A stretch of 64,000 bases of DNA, taken from the human T2T-CHM13v2.0 reference genome, Homo sapiens. The translations under genes were made by a program, and so were the position numbers. Each line of letters opens with the position of its first letter. The first letter of the stretch is position 1. The stretch lies in NCBI RefSeq assembly GCF_009914755.1, contig NC_060938.1; one strand, written 5' to 3'. The notes beneath the pieces are model-generated. The model saw only the letters and a list, made by a program, of their open reading frames with translations, was not told where the DNA came from and did not search any database. Positions 18,112-36,705 of this stretch are shown here, piece by piece.

Positions 18112-18198
18112 CTATAAAAACAATTTATGTGATATAGTTTATCTTTTTAAGTTTTACAAAATTTTCTACACTGTTGCAAAAATCTGAACAAAACTTAC

Positions 18199-18258
18199 CT
18201 TGGTAAGATGGAACCAAATCCAGGATCCTCTGGACCAGGTACAAACACAAAACGACTA
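18199..18258 (-). CDS. POLE2: POLE2 exon 14 (SRFVFVPGPEDPGFGSILP)
   Basis: tacag| and AG|gtaagt, 60 nt. Confidence 0.97.
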
Positions 18259-18407
18259 CTGTAGCAAAATTCAACACAATTCATTTAAAAATATTATTGT
18301 AACACTATCCAATAGCTTAAAAGCAAGTTATTCCCTTTGTTTTCTCTTTAAAATTAAAAAACATTTAAATTTCATGCATTATAATAAATGAACTATTAAG
18401 TCTCCAG

Positions 18408-18580
18408 ACCAACACTGTCTAGTAATGTCATGATAGAAAAGTTCTATATCTGCACTGCCCAATTGAACACTTGAATTGTGGCTAGCATAGCTGATGGACT
18501 GAATTTTATATTTAAATTTAATTAAACTTAGATTTAAAGAGACATGTGGCCAGTGACTATCATATCGGAGAGTGAAGCTC
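18408..18580. mobile_element. MER3 (hAT-Charlie) in POLE2 intron 13
   Basis: cacttgaattgtggctag...tttaattaaacttagatttaaa...acatgtggccagtgactatcata; flanked by ctccagac/ctctagac. Confidence 0.65.
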
Positions 18581-18827
18581 TAGACTCTTAAGAGTAATGC
18601 CACGAAGAAATTCCAAGTATGGCTGAAATTACCTCTATCCCTTTCAATACTTTTCATTATAAACCTCTAGTACAATGTGAGGATAACTTTATCTCTTAGT
18701 TCTTTTAATTTTCTCAACTTTATCTTTCTTCCTTAGTTTTGTAATAATTGCTGATATAACAAAATTCATTTTTTGTTTTTTTTTTAAGTAAAACGGTGAA
18801 AAAATATATAGTGCTAGAGATCATTAC

Positions 18828-18882
18828 CTTTGGTGAATATCTGGGTATTCACATATTATATCTGCCAAAGTTTTTAGGGAAT
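18828..18882 (-). CDS. POLE2: POLE2 exon 13 (DSLKTLADIICEYPDIHQ)
   Basis: tttag| and AG|gtaatg, 55 nt. Confidence 0.97.
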
Positions 18883-19048
18883 CTAAAATTTTAAAAAGGT
18901 ATTGAATTAAATTTGCATATAATGCCATAAAATTATATTTGATTAGATACAATCCTGTATATTCTTAATTAAAATATTATGGATAATTTCTTATTACTTT
19001 AGTTTATATGACTATAGAAACACTTCTTATTAAATAGATCGTTAATAC

Positions 19049-19138
19049 CTTTCAAAGCTTGAACTTGATTTTTTCCATATGGTGCAGATGAAAAATTACC
19101 ACACAGAATAAAGCAGGTTGGAGGTGCTGGTGAATAAC
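19049..19138 (-). CDS. POLE2: POLE2 exon 12 ([30 protein letters not shown])
   Basis: tttag| and G|gtatta, 90 nt. Confidence 0.97.
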
Positions 19139-19500
19139 CTAAACAATAAAAGAGTAAATGAACAATACTTTTCTAGTCTACAAATCAAGTTAAAAACCCT
19201 TTAACCATGACTTTCTAATAATAAAAATTTATTTTAATTAAAATAACATTTTAATAACTTATTAAAATAATACTAATAACAGTAGCCATTCATTGAGCAC
19301 TTACTATAGGCCAGGCCTGCATTGGCTTAATTACTCCTCAGAACATCCATAAAATCTGAGACTTAGGTTAAGTAACCTGCCCAGGGTAATAGGCTTGCAC
19401 TTAAACCCAGTTTGTTTTTGTTTTTGTTTAGAGATGGGGTCTCACTATGTTGTCCAGCTGGTCTTGAACTTCAGGACTAATTCTTACTTATCATGACTAT

Positions 19501-19502
<2 letters not shown>

Positions 19503-19535
<33 letters not shown>
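19503..19535. repeat. (CA)n microsatellite, about 16 units, POLE2 intron 11
   Basis: Direct read. Confidence 0.95.
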
Positions 19536-19538
<3 letters not shown>

Positions 19539-19714
19539 TTTTTTCTTAATGTAAAAATTTAAGTCTTTAAAATGAAATCTAATTTAAATTATCTCATTGC
19601 TAACTCTGTTTTTTTTTAAATAGAATACTCAAAAAGATAAATAGAATACTCAAAAAGTTTTAAAACATGAACCCTTAAAAGAGTTCAAGAAAGAAGAAAA
19701 AAAATAAGACCTAC

Positions 19715-19887
19715 CAGCAAACATTATGCGAAGTTTTTCCAATACTTCCACCTGGTCCAACCAAACATCAGATAAAAACACAAACATAGCATCTTTATTC
19801 TCCTCTTCTAGCTGTTTTAGTTTTGCAGAAGTCTTCACAGATGTATTAGAAGGACCTCCAAAAAAATTAATATTTCCATAGTATGCC
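19715..19887 (-). CDS. POLE2: POLE2 exon 11 ([11 protein letters not shown]...[23 protein letters not shown])
   Basis: tctag| and G|gtaggt, 173 nt; contains the FLSDVWLD motif of the inactive phosphoesterase-like domain. Confidence 0.97.
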
Positions 19888-20117
19888 CTAGATAATTATA
19901 ACATAATTATCTTCTATATACCACTAGAGATATTTTTCTAATAGTTGTATACATTTAGCTTCTTTGTATCTAATGAAGTTATTTTCCAGTGTAAAAAGGT
20001 ACTCTTTGTAACACTTTAAAAGTACAAAGGTTATCTAAATATTCTAAAACAAGATAAGCAATATGGAAGCAGTAAATAAAATAATAGGCTATATCTGTGT
20101 CTTAAAACTGACTAAAC

Positions 20118-20415
20118 GGCCGGGCACGGTGGCTCACGCCTGTAATCCCAGTACTTTGGGAGGCCGAGGCGGGCGGATCACGAGGTCAGGAGATCGAGAC
20201 CATCCTGGCTAACACAGTGAAACCCCATCTCTACTAACAATACAAAAAATTAGCCGGGCGACGTGGCGGGCGCCTGTAGTCCCAGCTACTCTGGAGGATG
20301 AGACAGGAGAATGGCGTGAACCCCGGGGGGCGGAGCCTGCAGTGAGCCGAGATTGCGCCACTGCACTCCAACCTGGGCGACAGTGAGACTCTTGTCTCAA
20401 AAAAAAAAAAAAAAA
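20118..20415 (+). mobile_element. AluY-like element
   Basis: Diagnostic GAGATCGAGACCATCCTGGCTAACAC and GAATGGCGTGAACC; TSD aaaactgactaaa. Confidence 0.85.
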
Positions 20416-20827
20416 ACTGACTAAAGCAAACATTAAAATAATAATTTCCTATGTCACTGAAAGTAGAAGAAATGAGTACACCATTTGAACAATATCTCAT
20501 AGAAACCTCAAAATATGTGCTAACCATCTGCCCAAGTAATTCTACTTCTGGAATGGCTAATCCTAAGGAATTAAAGATATATACAAAGACTAGCCTATAT
20601 CCAAGAACTGTGAAAAAATTATTCAACGGTTCCTTCAAAGCTTGGTTTTATTCAATGCTCACCAAGCAAGGGTCAGTAGGAAAGTGGGTAATCTACACAC
20701 TCCCAGCCTCCACCACTCTTGCCCACTCTACACTGACATCCTGCAGTTCCCAGCTTAAATGCAAATACCCCATAGGCCTCCTCTGAGGATCCCAAAAGAG
20801 GTTAGATTTTCCCATTATACACTCTCA

Positions 20828-21179
<352 letters not shown>

Positions 21180-21404
21180 TCAGCCAATTGTAATTGGGCG
21201 ATTGTTTCATGTCTGTCTCCCCACCTAGTGGCAATACAGTATGTGCTCAAAACATATTTCCTGAATGTCACGAATCATGCTATAAAACAATATTTCACAG
21301 TAATAGAAAATGTTGATAGCATATTATTAGATGAAAAACACAGGTTACAAAGCAAGGTACAGTATGTATCCATTTATAATGCCAAAAAAAGGGAATAGAT
21401 ATAG

Positions 21405-22620
<1,216 letters not shown>

Positions 22621-22627
22621 ATATGGA

Positions 22628-24409
<1,782 letters not shown>

Positions 24410-24774
24410 TATATACATATATAAAGTAATGTTAACAGTTTTTTTCTGTTTAGTAAAATTACAGGTGATTTTCCTTTCCTTTTGTGTGCCTTCATATATT
24501 TTCTAATTTTTTTTTTTGCAATCATGAACTACATTATTAATAAGAAAAAACTTTTCTTTTTTTAAAGACTCAACTACTTTTCCAATGCAGCATACTGGCT
24601 TGAGTCGGAAACCTTGGGATCAAAGCACATCTCTAACAATAAAAAGTTTGGGCCAGGCACAGTGGCTCACACCTATAATCCCAGCCTCCCTCTGGGAGGC
24701 CGAGGCCAGTGGATCACCTGAGGTCGGGAGTTCAAGACCAGCCTGACCAACATAGCGAAACCCTGTCTCTACTA

Positions 24775-24933
<159 letters not shown>

Positions 24934-24937
24934 TTAA

Positions 24938-25177
<240 letters not shown>

Positions 25178-27358
25178 TAGTTCTGAACTCCAAAGCTCAA
25201 GCGATCCACCCACCTCAGCCTCCCAAATCGACACTTCTTAACCTAACTCTTCAAATGCAAAAAAAAACTAAACTGATATCTACTGCACAGGGTTACTAGA
25301 AGGAATACAAGTGATAATGTACAGAAAGCCCACAGGGCACAGTGCTTAGTACGGTGTGAGCCCTTAGATATGGTAACTGATATTGTTATTGTTCCCACCA
25401 AGTGGACCAACTGGCATTTTCAAAGGTACAGTAATAATTTTATAGTTGCTAGAGGAATGCAGTAAGTAGACATAATTGTATGATGATTTCAGTTAAGCAT
25501 ATACCCAAACATAAATCAGAGCATCACAGAAACACCTATTAAGCTAAATATTGAGAAATTAAACTTCAGAAAAGCCTTACTCACATCTTCCGTTTAAAAA
25601 AAAATTATTTGCATTAACTACACAATGGTAGGGAGGGTATTGAGTCAGTGTAAATCTCTTTAGGATAGGACCATGCTGTAGACCTATTTGCACTTATTTG
25701 TAAAACAGTATTTTACACATAAAACATACTCACTAAAATATTAGTTGTTGAATTGATTGACTACCACCAGATTTAGCCCCCTGAATTTTATATTTTGAAG
25801 GCATTTTAGAGAAAATTTATAATCCTAACAAGAATAAAATGATCATTTTATTTTAATGTACTTTATTACACCTCATACCAATCCTTTGGTTTACTAAGCA
25901 TATACTAAGCAGTTGGATTTAGAGAAAATGGTATAATTTAAGTGGAAAATTATTTGAAACATTATAATAATGATCTCTTGGCTAAAGAGAAACAAATGGT
26001 AAACTCACAGCCAGCCAACTCAACTATACCTCTCATTCCAAAGTAGTAATTTTGAAGCTTGTACAAAACAAAAATACCATGACAATGGCAATTTTGCTCT
26101 AAATATATTCCAAAGGAAACTTACCATATTGGAAAAAAGCCACAAACTGCACCAAAAGCACTCAAATAGAGGTGAGCTTGGCTTGATTAGGGCTTGTGTT
26201 CTCCTTAGCAAGATCAGCACCTTTCCCTCAGTTACTTCAACAGCAAGAGTAGATGCTCTGCACAGGCCGCCCTGCCAGTAAACTCCCAGCCAGGAAATGT
26301 TGCCTTTGCACCTTGAATTTATACAGGCATACTAAAACTAAAATCCTTGTTGTTGTTGTTGAGACGGAGTCTCGCTCTGTTGCCAGGCTGGAGTACAGTG
26401 GTGCGATCTCGGCTCACTGCAACCTCTGCCTCCTGGTAAAACTAAAATCTTAATCTTTATGCTTCCTTTTGAAATCATCACCATTATACAGAATCTCATG
26501 GTTAGAAGGCAACTACTTTAATTCCCCCAGAGGTGGCAAACTCAAATGCTTACAGGCTCCAGGAAGATAACACTAAATAGCAAAGCAGCAGTCCACTGAC
26601 ACTAACTAGGGCACACATACATGCCCTGCCCAAAGTGGGCAACCACTGCAGTTTAGTTTTTGCTGTGTGAGAATTCAGGCTCTGTATTGCCAGATCCTCC
26701 TGTTAAGAGAACTCTGAAACCTAGGCCTTTATGAGAAATCTTCTAGTTTTTATACACTGGAAACTAACTCGAAATGTTTTTAAACACCTCAAAGTGGGGA
26801 GAAGAAAAGAAAGGTCTATAAACTACTTTCAACCCATGGGCCACCAAGTACAATTTTTATACTATCATTCAGGTTCTGCCCAAATAATTCAAGTGACAGG
26901 GAGCTCAGCTCCTCTAAGAGAAGGCCATTTTGGAATAGCTCTAATATTATGATGCTTTCACTTATATTAAGGAGCTATAAGCTACCTCACATAACTTTCA
27001 TTCATTGGAATATAAAAATGAGAATTTTATATTAACATGGAATTATATTCTTCTAAGTGTTATCCTAGTTGTCTTATCTCACTTCAACTTCTCATCAACC
27101 CCAGAGATAAAACAGACTGGAAATCTTTCCCAGTTAAAGCCGAAGTACAAAGACGGTATTGCAACTAATTGTTGGCCAATCTGCTAGTTTTCACATTACA
27201 TACAAAACCCAGTCTTCTAATTCTCATTTTCCATTGCTTTTTCCATTTTGACACAAAGCCTGACACCTTTTAGTAACTGAGATATGACGTACTATCTTAC
27301 ATTCACTCCTGCCAGTATTACCAAATTCCCATAGAGTATAAACCAAACATTTTAATAC

Positions 27359-27431
27359 CTAGTAGTACTAGAGGGCTCAGTGGGTGGAAATCCAAAGGCA
27401 TTGACATGAAACACTTGATCTTCAAACCAAC
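27359..27431 (-). CDS. POLE2: POLE2 exon 10 ([24 protein letters not shown])
   Basis: ttcag| and AG|gtatta, 73 nt. Confidence 0.97.
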
Positions 27432-27884
27432 CTGAAAAAAAGTAACGTCACTTTCATTTGTCTAATCCTCTATGTTTGAAAGGACAAAATTATGTTACAA
27501 CAAAGCAATAATGCCAGGCTAGTCTCATGCCCTGTGAACTAATTACAGAGGTTGCCAACCTCAATGAACCACAGTGAACAACTTTAGATCCACAGAGAGT
27601 CTCAACTTATAAAATTCATTAAATAGAAATAGATTCAGAACTTTTCACTTTTCAGTTTGGCAGTACGTGTTGATACAGATTAGGAAATGTTTCATTTTAT
27701 GGCCCTATATAAAATTAAGTGTTTTTTTCAACTTTATTGAGGTATCGTTCACATACTATACAATTCACCCTTTAAAAATATATAATTCAGGGCCGGGTGC
27801 AGTGGCTCATGCCTGTAATCCCAGCACTTTGGGAGGCTGAGGCGGGCGGATCACAAGGTCAGGAGATCGAGACCATCCTGGCTA

Positions 27885-28247
<363 letters not shown>

Positions 28248-28250
28248 CTA

Positions 28251-28513
<263 letters not shown>

Positions 28514-28669
28514 CTATTAGCCCATTAACAGTCTAAGAGTTATTTTGCCAAAAATATGCTCTTCTAATTAATGGTATCCCAAATTATATCATGTTAACAT
28601 ATTTTACCCAAAGCAGAAAGTTTTACTGGAGAATGAGAAGAAGGACAGTAACAAAGTATACTGACTTAC

Positions 28670-28718
28670 CTTCTGCTAAGACAAAGCATGCCTCTGTGTA
28701 TAAACCACTATGGAACTG
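28670..28718 (-). CDS. POLE2: POLE2 exon 9 (QFHSGLYTEACFVLAE)
   Basis: AC| acceptor, G|gtaagt donor, 49 nt. Confidence 0.96.
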
Positions 28719-29150
28719 GTACACAACAGTTGAGGAAAATAATTCTATTCTTGAGGCAGTAATAAAGTCAACATACATTTTGAGTCCAACAAGGCTTCTA
28801 AATAATAAATTTAAAGACTTCCCATTTGAAACTGTGAATAGACCACAGCTTAGAAAGAGCTTAAAAAATTTTAGTTTTAAATGTCCTCATGTTTAATTCT
28901 TGGTAATATTGACAGGGTGGATCATTCTTACCATGATATAAATTTCGTCAGTGATTCATCTAGATTCTCCAAATAAGAGAAAATTAAAGTTGTTCTGTCC
29001 CTGTTTAGGATTATATCTCTACATTCCTACACCAGCAACATAGAGAAGTTACATTGAGAACCCAAATAGGTAAATTTTAGAAGGATATATAATCAATTTC
29101 CCCAATTCACGTAATGCAGATTTTAAAAAATACAGACAAGTGAAGGATAT
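28719..29150 (-). other. POLE2: U12-type (minor spliceosome) AT-AC intron 8 of POLE2, 432 nt
   Basis: 5' end ATATCCTTCA (consensus RTATCCTTT); branch sequence TTCCTCAAC at 28737-28729 (consensus TTCCTTAAC) about 10 nt before the 3' end ...GTGTAC|CAG. Protein continuity (SKA|QFH) fits this junction. Confidence 0.95.
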
Positions 29151-29207
29151 AGCTTTACTAAGGTCTAGTTGGACTGTTCCAGTAGGATCTTCCAGAAAAA
29201 ATTTTCC
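29151..29207 (-). CDS. POLE2: POLE2 exon 8 (GKFFLEDPTGTVQLDLSKA), ends at a U12-type donor
   Basis: tttag| acceptor; GCT|atatccttca donor, 57 nt. Confidence 0.96.
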
Positions 29208-29705
29208 CTAAAAAAATGAAAATAAATAAATCCACATTTATGTAACAATGAAAACCGTTGACAAAAAAATTAAACTACAAGTTTGACAACAGAATACAAT
29301 AGGGAGAAAGTGGATTTTAAAAATCAGCTATTATTTCTAGTCCAGGCTCTTCCATTTACTAGTCTGATAACCCCAGACTAATCACTTAACTGAGATTCTG
29401 ACTCCTCACAGGTACAATGGAGAATGACTCCTACAGATAAGAAATGGCAAGAGGGACATTTGATGTCTGCCATAAGGAGGGTCTCCCCAGGTACCTTCTA
29501 AGACAGCCAACAGCATGTCCAAGGGACCAGGACATACTCTGCAGCTTGCTTGTTCAGAAACCCAGTACTCTCCGTTTATCCAGAGGTCACTACAGGCCTA
29601 ATTTCAGGCTATGCAAACTGGGCTCCTGCACAAGACACTCTGTCCTGATGTCTTCTCAGGAAACCAAACACAGATGAAAAAGACACTTGGTGACTGAGAA
29701 AAGGT

Positions 29706-30257
<552 letters not shown>

Positions 30258-30373
30258 GTGAGGCGAGTTTTCAATAAAGAATACATTCCTGTGCCCACTA
30301 CAAAAATGTTCTATGTAACCGACATTTCATCAATCCAAGGCCAAAAATAAAAGTTTGATGCTTATTAAGTTAC

Positions 30374-30457
30374 CTCTTTTAACTGCGTTATCATTCCAAG
30401 AACAATCGCATCTCCGATTTTGGTTGTACTACCCAATAAGGTTTCTATTGTTTTAAG
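30374..30457 (-). CDS. POLE2: POLE2 exon 7 (LKTIETLLGSTTKIGDAIVLGMITQLKE)
   Basis: tttag| and GAG|gtaact, 84 nt. Confidence 0.97.
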
Positions 30458-31041
30458 CTAAAATAAAACAAAATAAATTTTAAAGACTGTAAATATATTC
30501 TTTCAAGAAACAAAACTTTTTATAAATAACTATATTTGGGGTATACATTTCAGCATTTATAGCTACTTTACAGTAGAAAATCAAATAAAATGGAAATAAA
30601 GTTGTAAAATTAAACTTAGGATGTTTAATTTTGTCCTACAAAAAAGCTGTAAGATCAAGTGTATGATGCCTAAAGAAACACCACATCGACTCAGGCTCTT
30701 ACCAATGACTGAATCCTCACACCATATCATTCTGAATAATGATAAGTACATTTATTTTTTAAATATAGAAAAGAATATCAATTTTATTTTCTTTGAACAG
30801 TACCTTTTGAAAACTAGCAAGCTATTTAAAAATATATATTCCAATTTTACTTAGTATTTTAAAAGGCTCTCATTATTATTTACATTCTCAATCTGATCTT
30901 TTTTTCTAATCAGAAAGTTTAAGGTAGTAAAAATTGGGACACTATTGTAAAAAATCCTTTCCGGCCAGGTGCAGTGGCTCACGCCTGTAATCCCAGCACT
31001 TTGGGAGGCCGAGGCAGGCGGATCACGAGGTCAGAAGATCA

Positions 31042-31324
<283 letters not shown>

Positions 31325-32017
31325 CTATACAGTTTATTTACAAAGATGAAATCATAGTATATGTACTATTCTGCAACTTAACTAATTGAAGTTAATATTA
31401 TCTGAGACATCTTTCCATTTTTCTACATATAGATTTCCTTCTGTTTAAAGAATAGAGATATCTATATTATACATATGACCATTTATTTCACCAAACTCCT
31501 ATTAAAGGACATTTAAGTTGTTCCCAGTTTTCTACTAATAAAAACAATGTTTAATATTTCTGTGCAACTTTCTTGGCCCACTACACAGATAGAAACTTTT
31601 TTTTTTTTTTTTGAGATGGGGTTTCACATTGCCCAGGCTGGAGTGCAGTGGCACTCTCATACCTCACTGCAGCCTTAAACTGGGCTCAAGTGATCCTTCC
31701 ACCTCAGCCCCCTGAGTCACCAAGATTACAGGCACTAGCCACTGCATCCAGCTACAGATAATAACTGTTGAATAAAGTTCTACACATTCTAGAAACACAA
31801 TTGCTAGATAAAAGGATATATAAGTTTTCATATTTATAGAAATTACCAAGTGGAGCTTCTTTTATCTTTACGTTTTATCTTTATGTTTTCTTATTACAAA
31901 TAATTCATGTTTACTATAGAAAAAAATTTAAAATATAGACAAGAAAAAAATAAAAACTTATATAATCCCATCATTCCATAATAATCACATTAACATTTAA
32001 TACTGGAGTTACTCTTA

Positions 32018-32203
<186 letters not shown>

Positions 32204-32821
32204 CTACTCAAGAGGCTGAGGCAGAATTGCTTGAACCTGGGAAGCGGAGGTTGCAGTGAGCCAAGATCGCACTACTGAACTACAGCCTGGGTGACAGAGC
32301 AAGACTCTGCCAGAAAGAAAGGAAAGGAAAGGGAAGGAGGAAGGGGGAAGGGGGAAGGGAAGGCAAAAGAACCTAGCTAAGAGTAGTGGTGCACACCTAT
32401 TGTCCAAGCTACTCAGGAGGCTGGGGCAGGAGGATCACTTGAGGCCAGGAGTTCAAGACCAGCCTGGGCAACATGACAAGACCCCATGTCTCTATCAAAA
32501 GAAAAAAAAAAAAAAGAACCTAAAACAACACAAGAGAAGTAAAAATAACAGTATTTTTTAGCACATCATTTTTGCAATTGGTAAAAGGATATTATACAGG
32601 TAGATAAATGTAATTTAAGTAGGGAATGTGCCATCACAGATACAGAATTAAGACAGTTTGAAAAGAATAATTATTTAGTTAAGCCTTAAAATTACTTTGT
32701 CAAAGAGGAGAAAAGGGAAAAGGCTCCTGGGCTGTGGGCATCTCAGTTGCCAGAGAAAACCTAATATAGAAAACATATAGATGATCTTTGGTAGGGAAAT
32801 ATAAGTAATGTCAATTTCTAA

Positions 32822-33115
<294 letters not shown>

Positions 33116-33567
33116 TAAGTTTTCACTTCAACCAATATAACACATTCTAGTTCAATAACTGTGTGTGGTGGTCACTGAGGGATGAGTTGGGCAAGGAACC
33201 AGCATTTGAGTTCCTTAGTGTTATGGTCACTAAGGGATGAGTGAGGGCAAGAAAAGAAATGTTGAAAAGTTATCAGAAAGCCAGTGTAGTATCCAAATGA
33301 GCTAGGAATCTACCTTGGAGGCCAGAGTGTATCTGGGGCTAGCATCGTATCAGGGCCTTCTCAAAGGAAGCAGTAGCTTCTGTTAGAGATTTGTGGGACA
33401 CAGGACTCTAGGAATGGACTGTATCAAAAGTGGGCATGCAGCCCATCCAGTTAGCTAAACAGTTACCAATAGTTTATTTTCATTTAAAATTCAATGAATT
33501 AGAATTAAGCAACAAATATTAAACTTACACACTTATACCCCCTACATAACTAGGATAATGTTCTAAC

Positions 33568-33642
33568 CTGGAATTTGCTTCCGCTTTCATCAGGGTGAGA
33601 ACCTATCACCGGAGGAGTAAATAATTCATGCCTGTGGGTCCT
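33568..33642 (-). CDS. POLE2: POLE2 exon 6 ([25 protein letters not shown])
   Basis: tatag| and CAG|gttaga, 75 nt. Confidence 0.97.
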
Positions 33643-34140
33643 CTATAAAAAAGAAAGATTCACATGAATTCCTGAAACAGACATTTAAATATAAGATTCA
33701 TTAAAATAGTGCCCTGATGAAACACTGTCCTTAAACTAATGTCACTATTACTTATTCTCCACAAATTTGAAAACCCACATAATTTAACATACAAATATCT
33801 AGTAATGTAAGTTTTAAAATTTAAGACAAAAAAAATGTAAAAATTTTAAAGGTCTATTGTGTGTATGGCAGCAGCACATTGTAGGCTGAGGATATGAAGA
33901 ACAACCAAGTGTCACCCTGAGAGCATTGGGGCTAGTGAAAGAGAAGTGCCACCACACAACAAAGTTCTGTGAGGGCTGACTGTACCCCAGGCCAAAGGGG
34001 CCACTGAACAACAGCCCAGATGATAAATAAGATTTGGGTAGTAAGAAACAAAAGGAGTCTGAGATAAGACATTTCAGGGCCAGGCGCGGTGGCTCACACC
34101 TGTAATCCCAGCACTTTGGGAGGTCGAGGAGGGCGGATCA

Positions 34141-34446
<306 letters not shown>

Positions 34447-35445
34447 TTAATACAGTTGAATTATGCGGTGCACAAGGTAGAACATGAGACAAGGCCAGAG
34501 ATTAATAAGATCCATGTGGAGATACTTCCCTCCCCAACTCTCAGTCCATATAGTTTAGGTAGGATTGATACCCCTTCCCCCTTCTATAGATAGGAATTCA
34601 AGGTCTAGAAAATGAAAGTACTCCATCCTTTGGCCAGTGATTGGTTCAAGGATGAGCAAGTGCTTCAAGGTAGGCTCAAAAGAGACAGATTCAAGACTTT
34701 TGCTAGAGCTATTAGAAAAGAGGAACTCTCTTTCCAAGAGTTGCTAAGGCTACTAGTGGAGATCTTTGTCACTTTATAGGGAGAACCTATTTGAAAGTAA
34801 AATCAATTTTTTAAAAGAGGTGGGACATGGAAAGAGACAGATGCCTCCTGATATTGTGTGAGCACCTGAATCCAGCCAGGCTTGAAACTGGTGGACTTCT
34901 AGACTTCATAATACAAGCTAAGCCAATATATTCCTTTTTCAGTTTTAATCTATTTGAGTTTCTGTAACCTCCAGCTCAAAAAGCCCTGACAATACAAACT
35001 TCGTATGCCCAGCCAAGAAGTTTGTCCTATAGACAATGAGAAACAAAGATTTTGAAGTAGGATAATGATAACATCAGATTCATTTTCTGGAAGATAATTG
35101 CAATGAAAATATGGATGGACTGAACTTCAACCTGTTTATTTCACAGATGAATAAACGAGGCTCAGAAGGGATAAGTGGCACACCCACCATAACAGAGTAG
35201 ACTTCAAAACATACTTAAGAAAAAAGAAATGTGGTGTTTACTGAGCACCTTCTCTGTATAAAGGACAGTGCCAAATGTGGCACAGGAGATAAACAACGAA
35301 TCCACAGTCTGATCACAGGGATAAGCACCTCAAATGCAAGGCAGGGCCAAGTCCAGTCAGTGACATAAAAGACGTACTACTGAGTTGGGCACAGTGGCTC
35401 ACGCTTGTGATCCTAACACTTTGGGAGGCCGAGGCGGGTGGATCA

Positions 35446-35912
<467 letters not shown>

Positions 35913-36564
35913 TCACTTGAACCCAGGAGGCAGAGGTTACAGTGAGCCAAGTTTGCACCACTGCACTCTAGCCTAGGCGACAGAGCAAGACTCTATATCA
36001 AAAATAAAATAAATAAAAAAGAAAAAGACTGCATCCAACTGAAGATCAAGACAGGCTCCAGAAAGGAGGAATCTGAGAAAAGCCTTCCAAAATAGGACGG
36101 TTTCAACAGTGGAGATAAGAGGGAAGAGCAGTCAACAGGATAAACAAAGTCACAGAAGTAGTGAAAGAAACAGAAACAATAATTCCATATTTCAGTTTTG
36201 GCTCCAGCCCAGATTATGACTACAGGAAAAGCAGAGATTAGGCCAATTATGTGTGAGAGAAGATCTTACATATTAAGGATAATCTGCATTTAATTCAATA
36301 GGCAGTGAATTTCCTTGAAAGACTTCTGTACAAAACCCACGAGGTGGTCAGAGCTATACTTTGGGCAGATTAACCTAGCAACACTATGTCGGCAATGGAA
36401 GCAGCAGAGGATGCTGGTTCCTCAAGATCATTCTTTTCAACCTTTATTTAACCTACCGCTGACCATCTGCTCCTCCTTGAAGCCTTCTTGTGCTTCTGCC
36501 ATATAACACCATCCTCACCTGGCCCCCAAGTTCTATCCTCTCCCCTCTTTTTTTTTTTTTTTGA

Positions 36565-36705
<141 letters not shown>

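Noticed and set aside
19650-19838. 62-aa ORF as a standalone gene
   Set aside because: It is POLE2 exon 11 read through into intron 11.
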